A stretch of DNA of 50,849 bases from Dermatophilaceae bacterium (GTDB lineage Bacteria; Actinomycetota; Actinomycetes; Actinomycetales; Dermatophilaceae): positions 1 to 50,849 of the forward strand of contig JBGTGC010000231.1 in assembly GCA_041746935.1 (NCBI GenBank). Reading direction: 5' to 3'. Shown here piece by piece: positions 36,776-45,210 of the stretch. The notes under the pieces are model-generated. The model was given only the letters and a program-made list of their open reading frames with translations, was not told the DNA's origin and ran no database searches. The stretch's first letter is position 1; the number at the start of each line of letters is the position of its first letter. Position numbers and translations under genes: made by a program.

Positions 36776-37864
36776 GTGAGCGAGACGAACCCCAATGATC
36801 AGCGCATGACCGGCATACACCTGTGGATGCGTGCCGAAGTGCGCGCCACCGAACGCCGTGCCCCCATTACCCCGGCCGATGCGGCCACGCTGATTGCCTC
36901 GGGCGCACAGATCACGGTCGAACGCTCACCGCAGCGCGTCTTCGACATCGAGCGGTACGCCGAGGCTGGTTGCCAGATCGCCGACACCGGGTCGTGGGTG
37001 GACGCGCCCGAGGATGCCTACATCGTCGGGATCAAGGAACTGCCCGCGTCGCCTGCGCAGTTGCGGCATACCCACATCTATTTTGCCCACGCCTACAAGG
37101 GCCAGGACGGCGCAGCCGACCTGCTGGCTCGCTTCGAACACGGCGGCGGTGAGCTGTTGGACGTCGAATACCTCACCCTCGAGAAGCGTCGAGTGGTGGC
37201 TTTCGGCTATTGGGCTGGCTACGTCGGGGCGTCGCTGGCGTTGCTGCAGGCGCATGGGGCGCTCACCGCTCCATTGGTGCCGATGAGCCGCGCCGAGTTG
37301 GACACTGCAGTGCGCGAAAGCTCCGCGCCGACCGGGTCGGCGTTGGTGATTGGTGCCCGTGGCCGCAGTGGCCAGGGCGCAGTGGCGGCGCTGACCGGTG
37401 CCGGGTGGGACGTGACGAAATGGGGCTTCGTCGACACCGCCGACCTCGACAAGGATGCGCTGCTGAGCCACGAGGTGCTGGTGAACTGCGTGGTGAGCCA
37501 TCGTCCCCTGGAACCCTTCGTGACCAGCGACGACGTCAACGCTGGGGGCCGGCTACTACGGGTTATCGGCGATGTGACCTGCGACGTCACGTCGGCCAAC
37601 AACGTGTTGCCGATCAACTCCTCGGTCACCACCTGGGACGAACCATCACGACGCTTCACTGCCGACGGTGAGGCAGACGCGCCGCGCAACGTCACGCCTC
37701 TTGACGTGATCGCCATCGACAACCTGCCCTCCCTGTTGCCGCTAGAGGCGAGCGTGAGCTTCTCTGCGGATTTCACCCCGGTGCTGGTCGACCTGGCCGG
37801 ACGCACCGGGCCATTCGCGGCCGCCCAGGAGACCTTCCGAGCGGCGACCACACACAGCCGGTGA
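36776..37864 (+). CDS. Saccharopine dehydrogenase (NAD+, L-lysine-forming), Lys1-type
   Basis: HLWMRAE..ERRAPITP, VERSPQRVF, GIKELP, HIYFAHAYKGQ, RRVVAFGYWAG, IGARGRSG, DVTCD, IAIDNLPSLLPLEAS. Start 36776 or 36806. Confidence 0.88.
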   Translation: MSETNPNDQRMTGIHLWMRAEVRATERRAPITPADAATLIASGAQITVERSPQRVFDIERYAEAGCQIADTGSWVDAPEDAYIVGIKELPASPAQLRHTHIYFAHAYKGQDGAADLLARFEHGGGELLDVEYLTLEKRRVVAFGYWAGYVGASLALLQAHGALTAPLVPMSRAELDTAVRESSAPTGSALVIGARGRSGQGAVAALTGAGWDVTKWGFVDTADLDKDALLSHEVLVNCVVSHRPLEPFVTSDDVNAGGRLLRVIGDVTCDVTSANNVLPINSSVTTWDEPSRRFTADGEADAPRNVTPLDVIAIDNLPSLLPLEASVSFSADFTPVLVDLAGRTGPFAAAQETFRAATTHSR

Positions 37865-37874
37865 GGCTGGGAAC

Positions 37875-38005
37875 CTCAGCACAGCGTCCTGGGAAAGCGC
37901 GGCGGCAAGCGCCTCGGGCACCTCGAAGACACGAGGGCCGGAATCCAACTCGAGGCGAACGTCAACTTCGTCCTCCGCAGCCACCTGGGCGGCCCCGAGG
38001 ACCGC
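37875..38005 (-). pseudogene. Fragment of a DUF1905/YdeI-OmpD-associated family gene
   Basis: Minus frame reads AAQVAAEDEVDVRLELDSGPRVFEVPEALAAALSQD, the inter-domain segment of this family. Both ends are missing; boundaries approximate. Confidence 0.55.
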
Positions 38006-38188
38006 AAACGCCTTCGCGGTCGATCGGGCGTCGCGCCGTTCGTAGACGGTGAGATGGCCGGGCTACTGTTCGATCCTGTGCCCGGCCAGTGAGCACCGCC
38101 AGCCCGACCCAGCCGCAACGAAAGCGAACAGGCCATCCTCCTCAGTCGGAGCCAGGAGCCTCGTTAACGCGTGCCGCATACTGACCTG

Positions 38189-39124
38189 ATGTCGTCTCAA
38201 GCTCCGCCGGCAGTCGTGCTGATCCGCCCGCGTCACTTCACCCCGAACCCGGCCACCGCGGTCGACAACGCCTTCCAATCGCTGGATCCCACGCGAGATG
38301 CGGCGCAGATCGCGGCCGATGCTTACGCCGAGGTCACCGGGGTCGCTGAGGCGCTGACCGCAGCCGGGATACGCGTCCACGTCTTCGACAACGAGAGCGC
38401 CACCCACCCGGACTGCGTCTTCCCGAACAACTGGTTCTCCACCCACGCAGGCGGCTACGTCGCGATCTATCCCATGCACTCGGAGAGTCGGCGCATCGAG
38501 CGGCGCACCGACATCATCGAGATGCTCAAGCGCGACTATCGGGTGCAGGAGGTCAGCGACTACTCCGGGCTCGAATACGACAACATCTTCCTGGAGGGCA
38601 CCGGGGCGATGGTGTTGGATCACACGAGCCGACTCGTGTTTGCCGCGCGCTCTAATCGGGCCAATTCCATGGCGCTGGAACGGTTCTGCACCCGGTTCGG
38701 GTACGAGTCGCTGGTCTTCGATGCCGTCGACTCCACTGGCCAGCCGATTTATCACACCAACGTCGTGATGTGCATCGGGACCGCTTTTGCCATGATCGGC
38801 GTGGAGATGATCCCCGACGAGCAGCGCCGCGCCGCAGTGGTCGAGGCCATCGAAGACTCCGAGCGGGAACTGATCTCCCTGCGCACTGATCAGGTCCTCG
38901 ACTTCGCCGGCAATGCCATTGAGTTGCAGAGCCCCCAGGGCCGGATCTTGGTGATGTCCAGTCGGGCACGTCGCAGCCTTGACCCCGAACAGATCGAGTT
39001 TCTCGAGCGGAGTTGCCGCATCGTGCCCGTCGATGTGCCGACCATTGAGCTCGCCGGCGGATCCGTGCGGTGCATGCTCGCTGGCATACACCTCACGTCC
39101 CGCCGGATCACAAAACCGGCCTAG
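38189..39124 (+). CDS. ctlX: Amidinotransferase-family protein (citrulline-utilisation hydrolase CtlX-like)
   Basis: PDCVFPNNWFS, LEGTGAMVLDH, YHTNVVM, FAGNAIEL, IELAGGSVRCM. CATACT -10 suggests a leaderless ATG at 38189. Confidence 0.85.
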   Translation: MSSQAPPAVVLIRPRHFTPNPATAVDNAFQSLDPTRDAAQIAADAYAEVTGVAEALTAAGIRVHVFDNESATHPDCVFPNNWFSTHAGGYVAIYPMHSESRRIERRTDIIEMLKRDYRVQEVSDYSGLEYDNIFLEGTGAMVLDHTSRLVFAARSNRANSMALERFCTRFGYESLVFDAVDSTGQPIYHTNVVMCIGTAFAMIGVEMIPDEQRRAAVVEAIEDSERELISLRTDQVLDFAGNAIELQSPQGRILVMSSRARRSLDPEQIEFLERSCRIVPVDVPTIELAGGSVRCMLAGIHLTSRRITKPA

Positions 39125-39153
39125 ACGCGCACTCAGGCAGCGTGGCGCCCTGG

Positions 39154-39177
39154 TACACTGCCTTACCCGAAGTAAGG
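39154..39177 (+). promoter_or_regulatory. -10 box TACACT and autoregulatory palindrome CCTTAC-N5-GTAAGG of the AbrB-VapC module
   Basis: Inverted repeat at 39161-39177 overlapping the AAGGAG RBS. Confidence 0.65.
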
Positions 39178-39185
39178 AGCACGCG

Positions 39186-39434
39186 ATGACGACGGCAACG
39201 GTGACATCCAAGGGCCAAGTGACCATCCCGGCAGAAGTGCGTCGACGGCTGGGACTGCACGCTGGATCTCGCCTGACTTTCGTCCCAAATGAGAGCGGCG
39301 GATTCGAGGTGCACGCAGAGACTGGATCTATCCGTGATCTTGAGGGCTGCCTCCCCGCGCCACGGGGACCCGTCTCCATTGAGGACATGAACGCGGCGAT
39401 TGCTCAAGGTGCTTCGGACTCAGGCACTGCATGA
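39186..39434 (+). CDS. vapB: AbrB/MazE/SpoVT-family antitoxin
   Basis: MTTATVTSKGQVTIPAEVRRRLGL..G; AAGGAG RBS. Confidence 0.9.
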   Translation: MTTATVTSKGQVTIPAEVRRRLGLHAGSRLTFVPNESGGFEVHAETGSIRDLEGCLPAPRGPVSIEDMNAAIAQGASDSGTA

Positions 39435-39829
39435 TCGGACTCGACACCAACGTCCTCGTCCGATACTTCACGCGCGACGATCCACATCAATACGCGCGCG
39501 CCGCGAAACAGATCAACTCCCTCACCCAAACCGATCCCGGGTTCGTGAGCATTGTGACCCTGGTGGAGTTGTATTGGGTCTTGCGCCGAGCATATGAGTT
39601 CAGCGCAACTGATTGCTACGCGGTCGTCGCTGGAGTGGTCAACGCCAAGGAGTTGCGCATCGACCGCGCGGACACGGTGCGTTCTGCCCTGGCCGCCTGC
39701 GAGGTTGGGCTCGATTTCGCCGACGCCCTCATCGCTGAGCTGGGTCACGCGGCCGGTTGTAGATTTACCGTAACCTTCGACCGGCGAGCTGCCCGGTCCC
39801 CTGCTATGCAACTGCTCGAGACTGAGTGA
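39431..39829 (+). CDS. vapC: VapC PIN-domain toxin (type II TA #4)
   Basis: MIGLDTNVLVRY, TLVELYWVL, DFADALI, TFDRRA; ATGA overlap with the antitoxin. Confidence 0.92.
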   Translation: MIGLDTNVLVRYFTRDDPHQYARAAKQINSLTQTDPGFVSIVTLVELYWVLRRAYEFSATDCYAVVAGVVNAKELRIDRADTVRSALAACEVGLDFADALIAELGHAAGCRFTVTFDRRAARSPAMQLLETE

Positions 39830-39912
39830 CTCACGTCGTCTCGGTGCGCTAGCGGTTGCCGGGTCCGGAGGTTGCTGCGACCCTGTCATCCTCCGAGGAA
39901 ATGAGCGACGTT

Positions 39913-41355
39913 ATGTCCGCAGGCACAGTTGGTTTCGCGATTCTGATCTTGGGGTTGTTTCTCCTGATCGGCAAGGTCATCCGGGTCAAAACCCCGGCCG
40001 TGCAAAAACTGTTCCTCCCGAGTTCGATCATCGGCGGGTTCATCCTTCTGTTCCTCGGCCCACAGGTGCTCGGGAAAATCGGCGGTCCCGAGAATGGGAT
40101 CTTCACGGGCGACATGCTGGCGATATGGGCCACCCTGCCCGGCCTGTTGATTAGCATCGTGTTCGCGACGCTGTTCCTGGGCAAGGAGTTGCCTAAACCT
40201 AGGCAGGCCGCGGAGCTGGCCGGTCCACAACTGTCCCTCGGTATTGCTCTAGGATCCGGCCAATACATGGTCGCGCTCTTTCTGGCGGTAATTGTGCTGG
40301 TGCCACTGTTGGACGCGGAGCCGATGGTGGGCGCACTTTTGGAGATGGGCTTTGAGGGTGGGCACGGAACGGCCGCCGGTATGCGGGGCGCGCTCGAAGA
40401 TGTGGGCTACGAAACTGGAGCCGACATCGCCATTGGCATCGCCACGGTAGGCGTGGTGGGCGGCATCCTGATAGGCATCATCTTGATCAACTGGGCCGTA
40501 CGCACGGGACGGACCCAGATCGTCAAAGGCAACGTCGAGGCCTCCATCGATGAGCAGAAGGGTCTGTACGCCGAGGACGAGCACTACCCGGCAGGCGAGT
40601 TGACCTCCCGTCCGGCATCAGTCGAGCCACTGTCGCTGCACGCCTCTCTCGTGGCCATCTCTATTCTGATCGGCTGGCTCTTGCTGGAGGCCCTGAAGTG
40701 GATCGAAAGCGTCACCTATGCCGAACCCCTTGACTTCGAGTTGTTCACCTTCGTGCCGCTCTTCCCCTTGGCCATGCTCGGTGGCGTGCTGGTGCAGTAC
40801 GCCGCGGAGAAACTCGGCGTCGATCGGTTGATCGATGACCAGATGATGCTGCGCATCCAAGGCTTGGCGCTGGACTTCCTCATCATCTCCGCCTTGGCCA
40901 CTCTGTCTTTGGAGGCCATCGGCAACAACATCGGTTCGTTCGTGATCCTGTGCGTCTTCGGCATCGCTCTCAACGTCGGGCTCTTGTTGTGGCTCGCTCC
41001 CCGGGTTATTCCGGACTACTGGTTCGAGCGCGGCATCGGCGACTTCGGCCAGTCCATGGGCGTGACCGCCACTGGCCTGATCCTGATGCGGATCGTGGAC
41101 CCGGACGCCGAGAGCCCGGCCTTCGAGGCGTTCGGCTACAAGCAGCTCGTGTTCGAGCCATTCTTCGGCGGCGGCCTAGTCACGGCAGCCGCGGTGCCGT
41201 TAATCTTCCAGACCGGACCGTACCCGCTGCTCATCGGCATGACGATCCTGTTCTTGACCGCCGTGGGCGTGGGCCTGTGGCTCTTCGGTGGAGCCGCCAA
41301 GGAGGCCAGAGCCAGGGAGAAAGAGGCAGCCGACACCAGCACCGCGAACGCCTAG
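39913..41355 (+). CDS. gltS: Sodium/glutamate symporter (GltS family)
   Basis: LFLPSSIIGG, GFEGGHGTAAG, FGQSMGVTATG..L.RIVDP. Start 39901 or 39913. Confidence 0.85.
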   Translation: MSAGTVGFAILILGLFLLIGKVIRVKTPAVQKLFLPSSIIGGFILLFLGPQVLGKIGGPENGIFTGDMLAIWATLPGLLISIVFATLFLGKELPKPRQAAELAGPQLSLGIALGSGQYMVALFLAVIVLVPLLDAEPMVGALLEMGFEGGHGTAAGMRGALEDVGYETGADIAIGIATVGVVGGILIGIILINWAVRTGRTQIVKGNVEASIDEQKGLYAEDEHYPAGELTSRPASVEPLSLHASLVAISILIGWLLLEALKWIESVTYAEPLDFELFTFVPLFPLAMLGGVLVQYAAEKLGVDRLIDDQMMLRIQGLALDFLIISALATLSLEAIGNNIGSFVILCVFGIALNVGLLLWLAPRVIPDYWFERGIGDFGQSMGVTATGLILMRIVDPDAESPAFEAFGYKQLVFEPFFGGGLVTAAAVPLIFQTGPYPLLIGMTILFLTAVGVGLWLFGGAAKEARAREKEAADTSTANA

Positions 41356-41393
41356 CCTGTGCGCTGACGCTGACGCTGTCCGCCACGCTGACC

Positions 41394-41444
41394 CCTAGCC
41401 TGTGCTGTCGTGTCGCCATAGCGACATGAACTGCACAGGTTAAG
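41394..41444. repeat. Long imperfect hairpin (REP-like or terminator) after gltS
   Basis: cctagcctgtgctgtcgtgtcgc-cata-gcgacatgaactgcacaggttaag. The first 12 nt are also present at 41351-41362. Confidence 0.6.
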
Positions 41445-41488
41445 TGGTGGCGTCGGGTGGCGGTGACCCGGCTAAGTCGCCACAAGCA

Positions 41489-41528
41489 GACCACCGCCGC
41501 CTCATTGGCCCTTTCGTTGGGTGCCAAT
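41489..41528. promoter_or_regulatory. Putative YczR operator GACCACC-N8-ATTGGCC-N11-TGCCAAT
   Basis: Three-box arrangement before a CACACT -10 (41535-41540) and the yczE ATG. Confidence 0.65.
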
Positions 41529-41546
41529 TTTGATCACACTGGCGTC

Positions 41547-42227
41547 ATGGCCCAGATCGACTCCGCAACCCAACGACGTCAGCTCGCCAATCTCGGACCC
41601 CTAGAGCAACTGCGCGCTGGCCGCATGCCTCGCCGACTGCTTCAGCTGGTCGTCGGCTTGTTCCTTTATGGCGCGTCGATGGCACTCGTCATTCGCGCCA
41701 GCCTCGGAGTCATCCCTTGGGACGTCCTGCACGTCGGGTTGATCCAACACCTCCCGATGTCCTTCGGCGCAATGACCATCGTGGTCTCGATCACCGTGCT
41801 GCTCATCTGGATCCCGTTGCGCCAGCGCCCAGGGCTGGGCACGATCGCAAACACCTTCTTGGTGGGGCTCTCGGCCGACCTGACGCTCGCGTTAACGCCC
41901 GACCTGGAATCACTCGCTGTCCGGTTGCCCTTGCTGGTCGGCGCGATCTCGCTCAACGCTCTGGCGACCGCTCTCTACGTCGGTGCCCAACTCGGCCCCG
42001 GTCCGCGCGATGGGTTGATGACTGGCCTCTCCCGCGTTACCGGCCGGTCCATCCGTCTCGTGCGGACCGTGATCGAGGTCACCGTGGTGCTGATCGGCTT
42101 CACCCTCGGCGGCACGGCTGGCCTTGGCACCGTGTTGTACGCGGCGGCTATCGGACCGCTGACTCAGGCGATGCTGCCGCGGTTCACCGTTGCGCTGCGC
42201 GGATATGGCGATACATCGGATCGGTGA
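41547..42227 (+). CDS. yczE: YczE/YyaS/YitT family membrane protein
   Basis: RRLLQLVVGLFLYG, LGVIPWDVLHVG, WIPLRQRPGLGT, GPGPRDGLMTG, GLGTVLYA. Confidence 0.88.
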   Translation: MAQIDSATQRRQLANLGPLEQLRAGRMPRRLLQLVVGLFLYGASMALVIRASLGVIPWDVLHVGLIQHLPMSFGAMTIVVSITVLLIWIPLRQRPGLGTIANTFLVGLSADLTLALTPDLESLAVRLPLLVGAISLNALATALYVGAQLGPGPRDGLMTGLSRVTGRSIRLVRTVIEVTVVLIGFTLGGTAGLGTVLYAAAIGPLTQAMLPRFTVALRGYGDTSDR

Positions 42228-43677
42228 ATCCCGTCAGGCTGTCGAAGACGGCAGCGACCTTACGGTAGGCCGCGACGGCCGACGGCTCGGGTGTGAACTC
42301 GAGGCCCGGATGGACCATGGCGGCGATGGCCGCCGGGAAGTCGGCGTGCGCTCCAGCCCCCACCGACGCACAGATGGCCGCCCCCAGGCCGGCAGCGTCC
42401 GGCATACCCGCGCGGGTAGCGGTCGTCCCCCAGGAATCGGCCACGATCTGCATCATCAGATCCGACTTCGCGCCGCCACCTGAGACCACTATGCGCGGCG
42501 AGTCGAGGTCTAGCGCATCGGTCATGGCGGCAGCGTGAGCGCGCATGGTCAACACGATGCCCTCCAGGACCGCGCGGTGCAGATGGTGCGGTCCGTGCTG
42601 ACCGGCTAGACCCAGGATGCTGCCGCGACGATCCGGGCCGTCCGGACCGGACAAGAAGTCTGGGACCGCGAAGAGACCCTCAGCCCCGGGGGACACCTCG
42701 TGAGCACCGCGCTCCAACCAGGCTCGGGTGCCCCGCTCGTCGTCAACAGTGGAAGGTGCCGAGCTGACCAGGTTGCGCAACCACGACACGGTCCACATAC
42801 CCCGCCGGATCCCTTTGCTCTCAAACAACACGTCGCCAGGGACGGAGGCTGAGTTGATCCAGGTATGCGGCCCGCCGGCGGCTGGGTGCATCGCCGCAGC
42901 ATCCCCGCTTGTCATCGATGCGATGTAGGTGCCGAGCGAGAGCAGCACCGTCGGGTTAAGCGATCCCGCCTGCTGATCGGCATGCGCCGACAATCCGACC
43001 CCGAGGGCTTCCACCGCCTTGTCGTTCGCGGTGGCGAACACCGGGCAGCCCATCGGCAGCCCGCTGGCCCGCGCAGCATCCTCGGTGACCACTCCGAGCG
43101 GCTCCCCCGGCTGGACGAGTTCAGGCAAGAGGGCGGCCGGCATACCGGTGCGGTCGAAGTCGTCGCTGTCGAGGGACCATGCCGTGCCAGCGGCGTTGAT
43201 CGGCCACATCCCTTTGTAGGCCGCAGCGCTGTCGCGACGTCTACCCGTGAGACGCAACGTCAGGTAGCCCGAGGCACTGGCGGTGGTGGCCACCCGGGTA
43301 TCGAGGTCGTGGGCCGGTTCGGAGACTCTCGTGTCCATCCAACTGAGCACCGGTTCGGTGAGGCGACCCGAGGCATCGATCAGCGCCCGGCAATAGCGGA
43401 TGCTGCATAGCCCAATGGCCACGATGTCTGCCCGCGACCCCGCTTGCGTGGACTCGAGGTTAGCCAGCGCGGCGCGACTGGCCACACACAGCGAATCCCA
43501 CAGGTCATCATCGGGGTGCACGGCCCGGCCGTCGGAGGTCAGGACATACGAGCGAAGTGATGCCCGCCCCTGCGCCCAGATCGCACCGTCGGCGTCGAAG
43601 ATCGTCACCTTCGTGCTCTGCGAACCGCCGTCGATCGCGAGGATGAGCCGCCGGTCTGGCGGCATCGGGGCAGTCAT
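42184..43677 (-). CDS. FGGY-family carbohydrate kinase (YgcE-like)
   Basis: LAIDGGSQSTKV, ANDKAVEALG, SLGTYI, GIRRGMWTVSW, RAVLEGI, SGGGAKSD. Confidence 0.88.
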   Translation of the reverse strand: MTAPMPPDRRLILAIDGGSQSTKVTIFDADGAIWAQGRASLRSYVLTSDGRAVHPDDDLWDSLCVASRAALANLESTQAGSRADIVAIGLCSIRYCRALIDASGRLTEPVLSWMDTRVSEPAHDLDTRVATTASASGYLTLRLTGRRRDSAAAYKGMWPINAAGTAWSLDSDDFDRTGMPAALLPELVQPGEPLGVVTEDAARASGLPMGCPVFATANDKAVEALGVGLSAHADQQAGSLNPTVLLSLGTYIASMTSGDAAAMHPAAGGPHTWINSASVPGDVLFESKGIRRGMWTVSWLRNLVSSAPSTVDDERGTRAWLERGAHEVSPGAEGLFAVPDFLSGPDGPDRRGSILGLAGQHGPHHLHRAVLEGIVLTMRAHAAAMTDALDLDSPRIVVSGGGAKSDLMMQIVADSWGTTATRAGMPDAAGLGAAICASVGAGAHADFPAAIAAMVHPGLEFTPEPSAVAAYRKVAAVFDSLTGFTDPMYRHIRAAQR

Positions 43678-45167
43678 CAACTGCGAGCGCCCGTTTCGGG
43701 CGGCCACTCATCAAGGGGATAAATAGTGCCCGGATTCATGATGCCCGCGGGGTCGAACGCGTCCTTGAGACCTCGCAACAACGTGTAGGCACGGCCGTGC
43801 TCCTCGCGGATCCATGGCGTTCGATACTTGCCGACCCCATGGTGATGGGCCATCGAGCCACCGACCGCCAATGCCTCCTCGACGATGATCGCGTTGAGCG
43901 GCTGGTGATAGGTCGCCAACTCTTCGTCCGGCTCACAGCGGATCGAGTAGTCGTAGACGAAATACAGGTTGGTGCCGGTCTGATACGAGTGCGAGGAGTG
44001 CGCGCCGAGCAGGTGGATGTCGTCGACGTGAGCAAACGTCTCTTGAATGCGGCGCATGACCCGCTCGTAGAGCTCGGCCGTGCGCGACCAATCCACGGAG
44101 ACCTCAGTGGTGTAGCCCAGGCGCTGCTCGCGGAGCATGTCGGCTTTCTCGGCCTCCATCTTCTCCGGACCCCAGTTCAGCGACTCGAACCACGCCTTGA
44201 TCCGCTCCGGATCCACCGGCGTGTGCTCGACCCTCTGGGCGATGGCTTCGACGGCGGCGATGGTGGCCTCGACGATGGGGCCGGGGCCCTCGGCGCTCAG
44301 CACCACCAAGTTCCGGTCCTGGGGGTGATCCGGGAAGTGCTGCCGGGCATCTTGTGGCGAATAGACCCGAGCGACGGCGGGGCGATACCCCGAGACGATG
44401 ACCTCTCGGAGCACTCCGATCGCGGCACCGAAATCGGGCACGAGCAGGCCGACATACCGGGCGGATCCTGGCTGCCAACGAAAGACCTTGACCGTGACCT
44501 CGGTGATGAAGGCCAAGGCCCCCTCGTTGCCGATCACGGTATGCCGAATGTCCGGCCCGGCGGCCCGGCGCGGCACGCTCTTGATCCGGATCACCTCACC
44601 GCCGGCAAGCACGGCCTCCAACCCCATGACCATGTCTTCGATGCCGCCGTAGAGCGTCGAGAACTGGCCGATCGACCTGGTGGCGACGAGGCCACCCATC
44701 TGGGCGAGTGGCTGGGACTGGGGCGAGTGGCCGGTCGTGAGACCTTGGCGTCGCAACTGTTCCTCGAGCACCCTCAGCGGCGTCCCGCACTGCGCGGTGG
44801 CCATCATGTTGGGCTCATCGATGCTGATGATCTCGGCCATCCGGGAGCCGTCGATGACCAGGCTGTCCGGGATCACCGTCTCCGAGCCGCCCTCAGTGCC
44901 GGTGCCTCCCGTGCGTGGCACGACGGCCACCCGTTCCCGCTGCGCGAAGTCGAGCAGCTGCGCCACGTGTCTGGTCGATGAAGGGTAAGCGATGGCCGCA
45001 GGGAACGGCCCGGTGAAGATGCCGTGGACTGCCTCGTATTTATGGAAGCGGTCGACGCTGACCTCGCGGAGGCGCTGCTCGTCGGTTTCCACCGAGTCGG
45101 CTCCGAGCAGATCGGTGACTTCGGCCACGATCTGCTCTCGGGTCAGGGTGGCCCGCGACTGTGTCAT
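43677..45167 (-). CDS. ygcU: FAD-linked oxidoreductase (YgcU-like, alkyl-DHAP-synthase family)
   Basis: TTGHSPQS.PLAQMGGLVATRSIGQFSTLYG, PRRAAGPDIRH, HSSHSYQTGTN, HHHGVGK, FDPAGIMNPG, as I recall them from E. coli YgcU. Confidence 0.85.
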   Translation of the reverse strand: MTQSRATLTREQIVAEVTDLLGADSVETDEQRLREVSVDRFHKYEAVHGIFTGPFPAAIAYPSSTRHVAQLLDFAQRERVAVVPRTGGTGTEGGSETVIPDSLVIDGSRMAEIISIDEPNMMATAQCGTPLRVLEEQLRRQGLTTGHSPQSQPLAQMGGLVATRSIGQFSTLYGGIEDMVMGLEAVLAGGEVIRIKSVPRRAAGPDIRHTVIGNEGALAFITEVTVKVFRWQPGSARYVGLLVPDFGAAIGVLREVIVSGYRPAVARVYSPQDARQHFPDHPQDRNLVVLSAEGPGPIVEATIAAVEAIAQRVEHTPVDPERIKAWFESLNWGPEKMEAEKADMLREQRLGYTTEVSVDWSRTAELYERVMRRIQETFAHVDDIHLLGAHSSHSYQTGTNLYFVYDYSIRCEPDEELATYHQPLNAIIVEEALAVGGSMAHHHGVGKYRTPWIREEHGRAYTLLRGLKDAFDPAGIMNPGTIYPLDEWPPETGARS

Positions 45168-45210
45168 CGAAAGTCTCCGTTGTCGTATGGGCGGGCCTGC
45201 CGGGGTTGGG

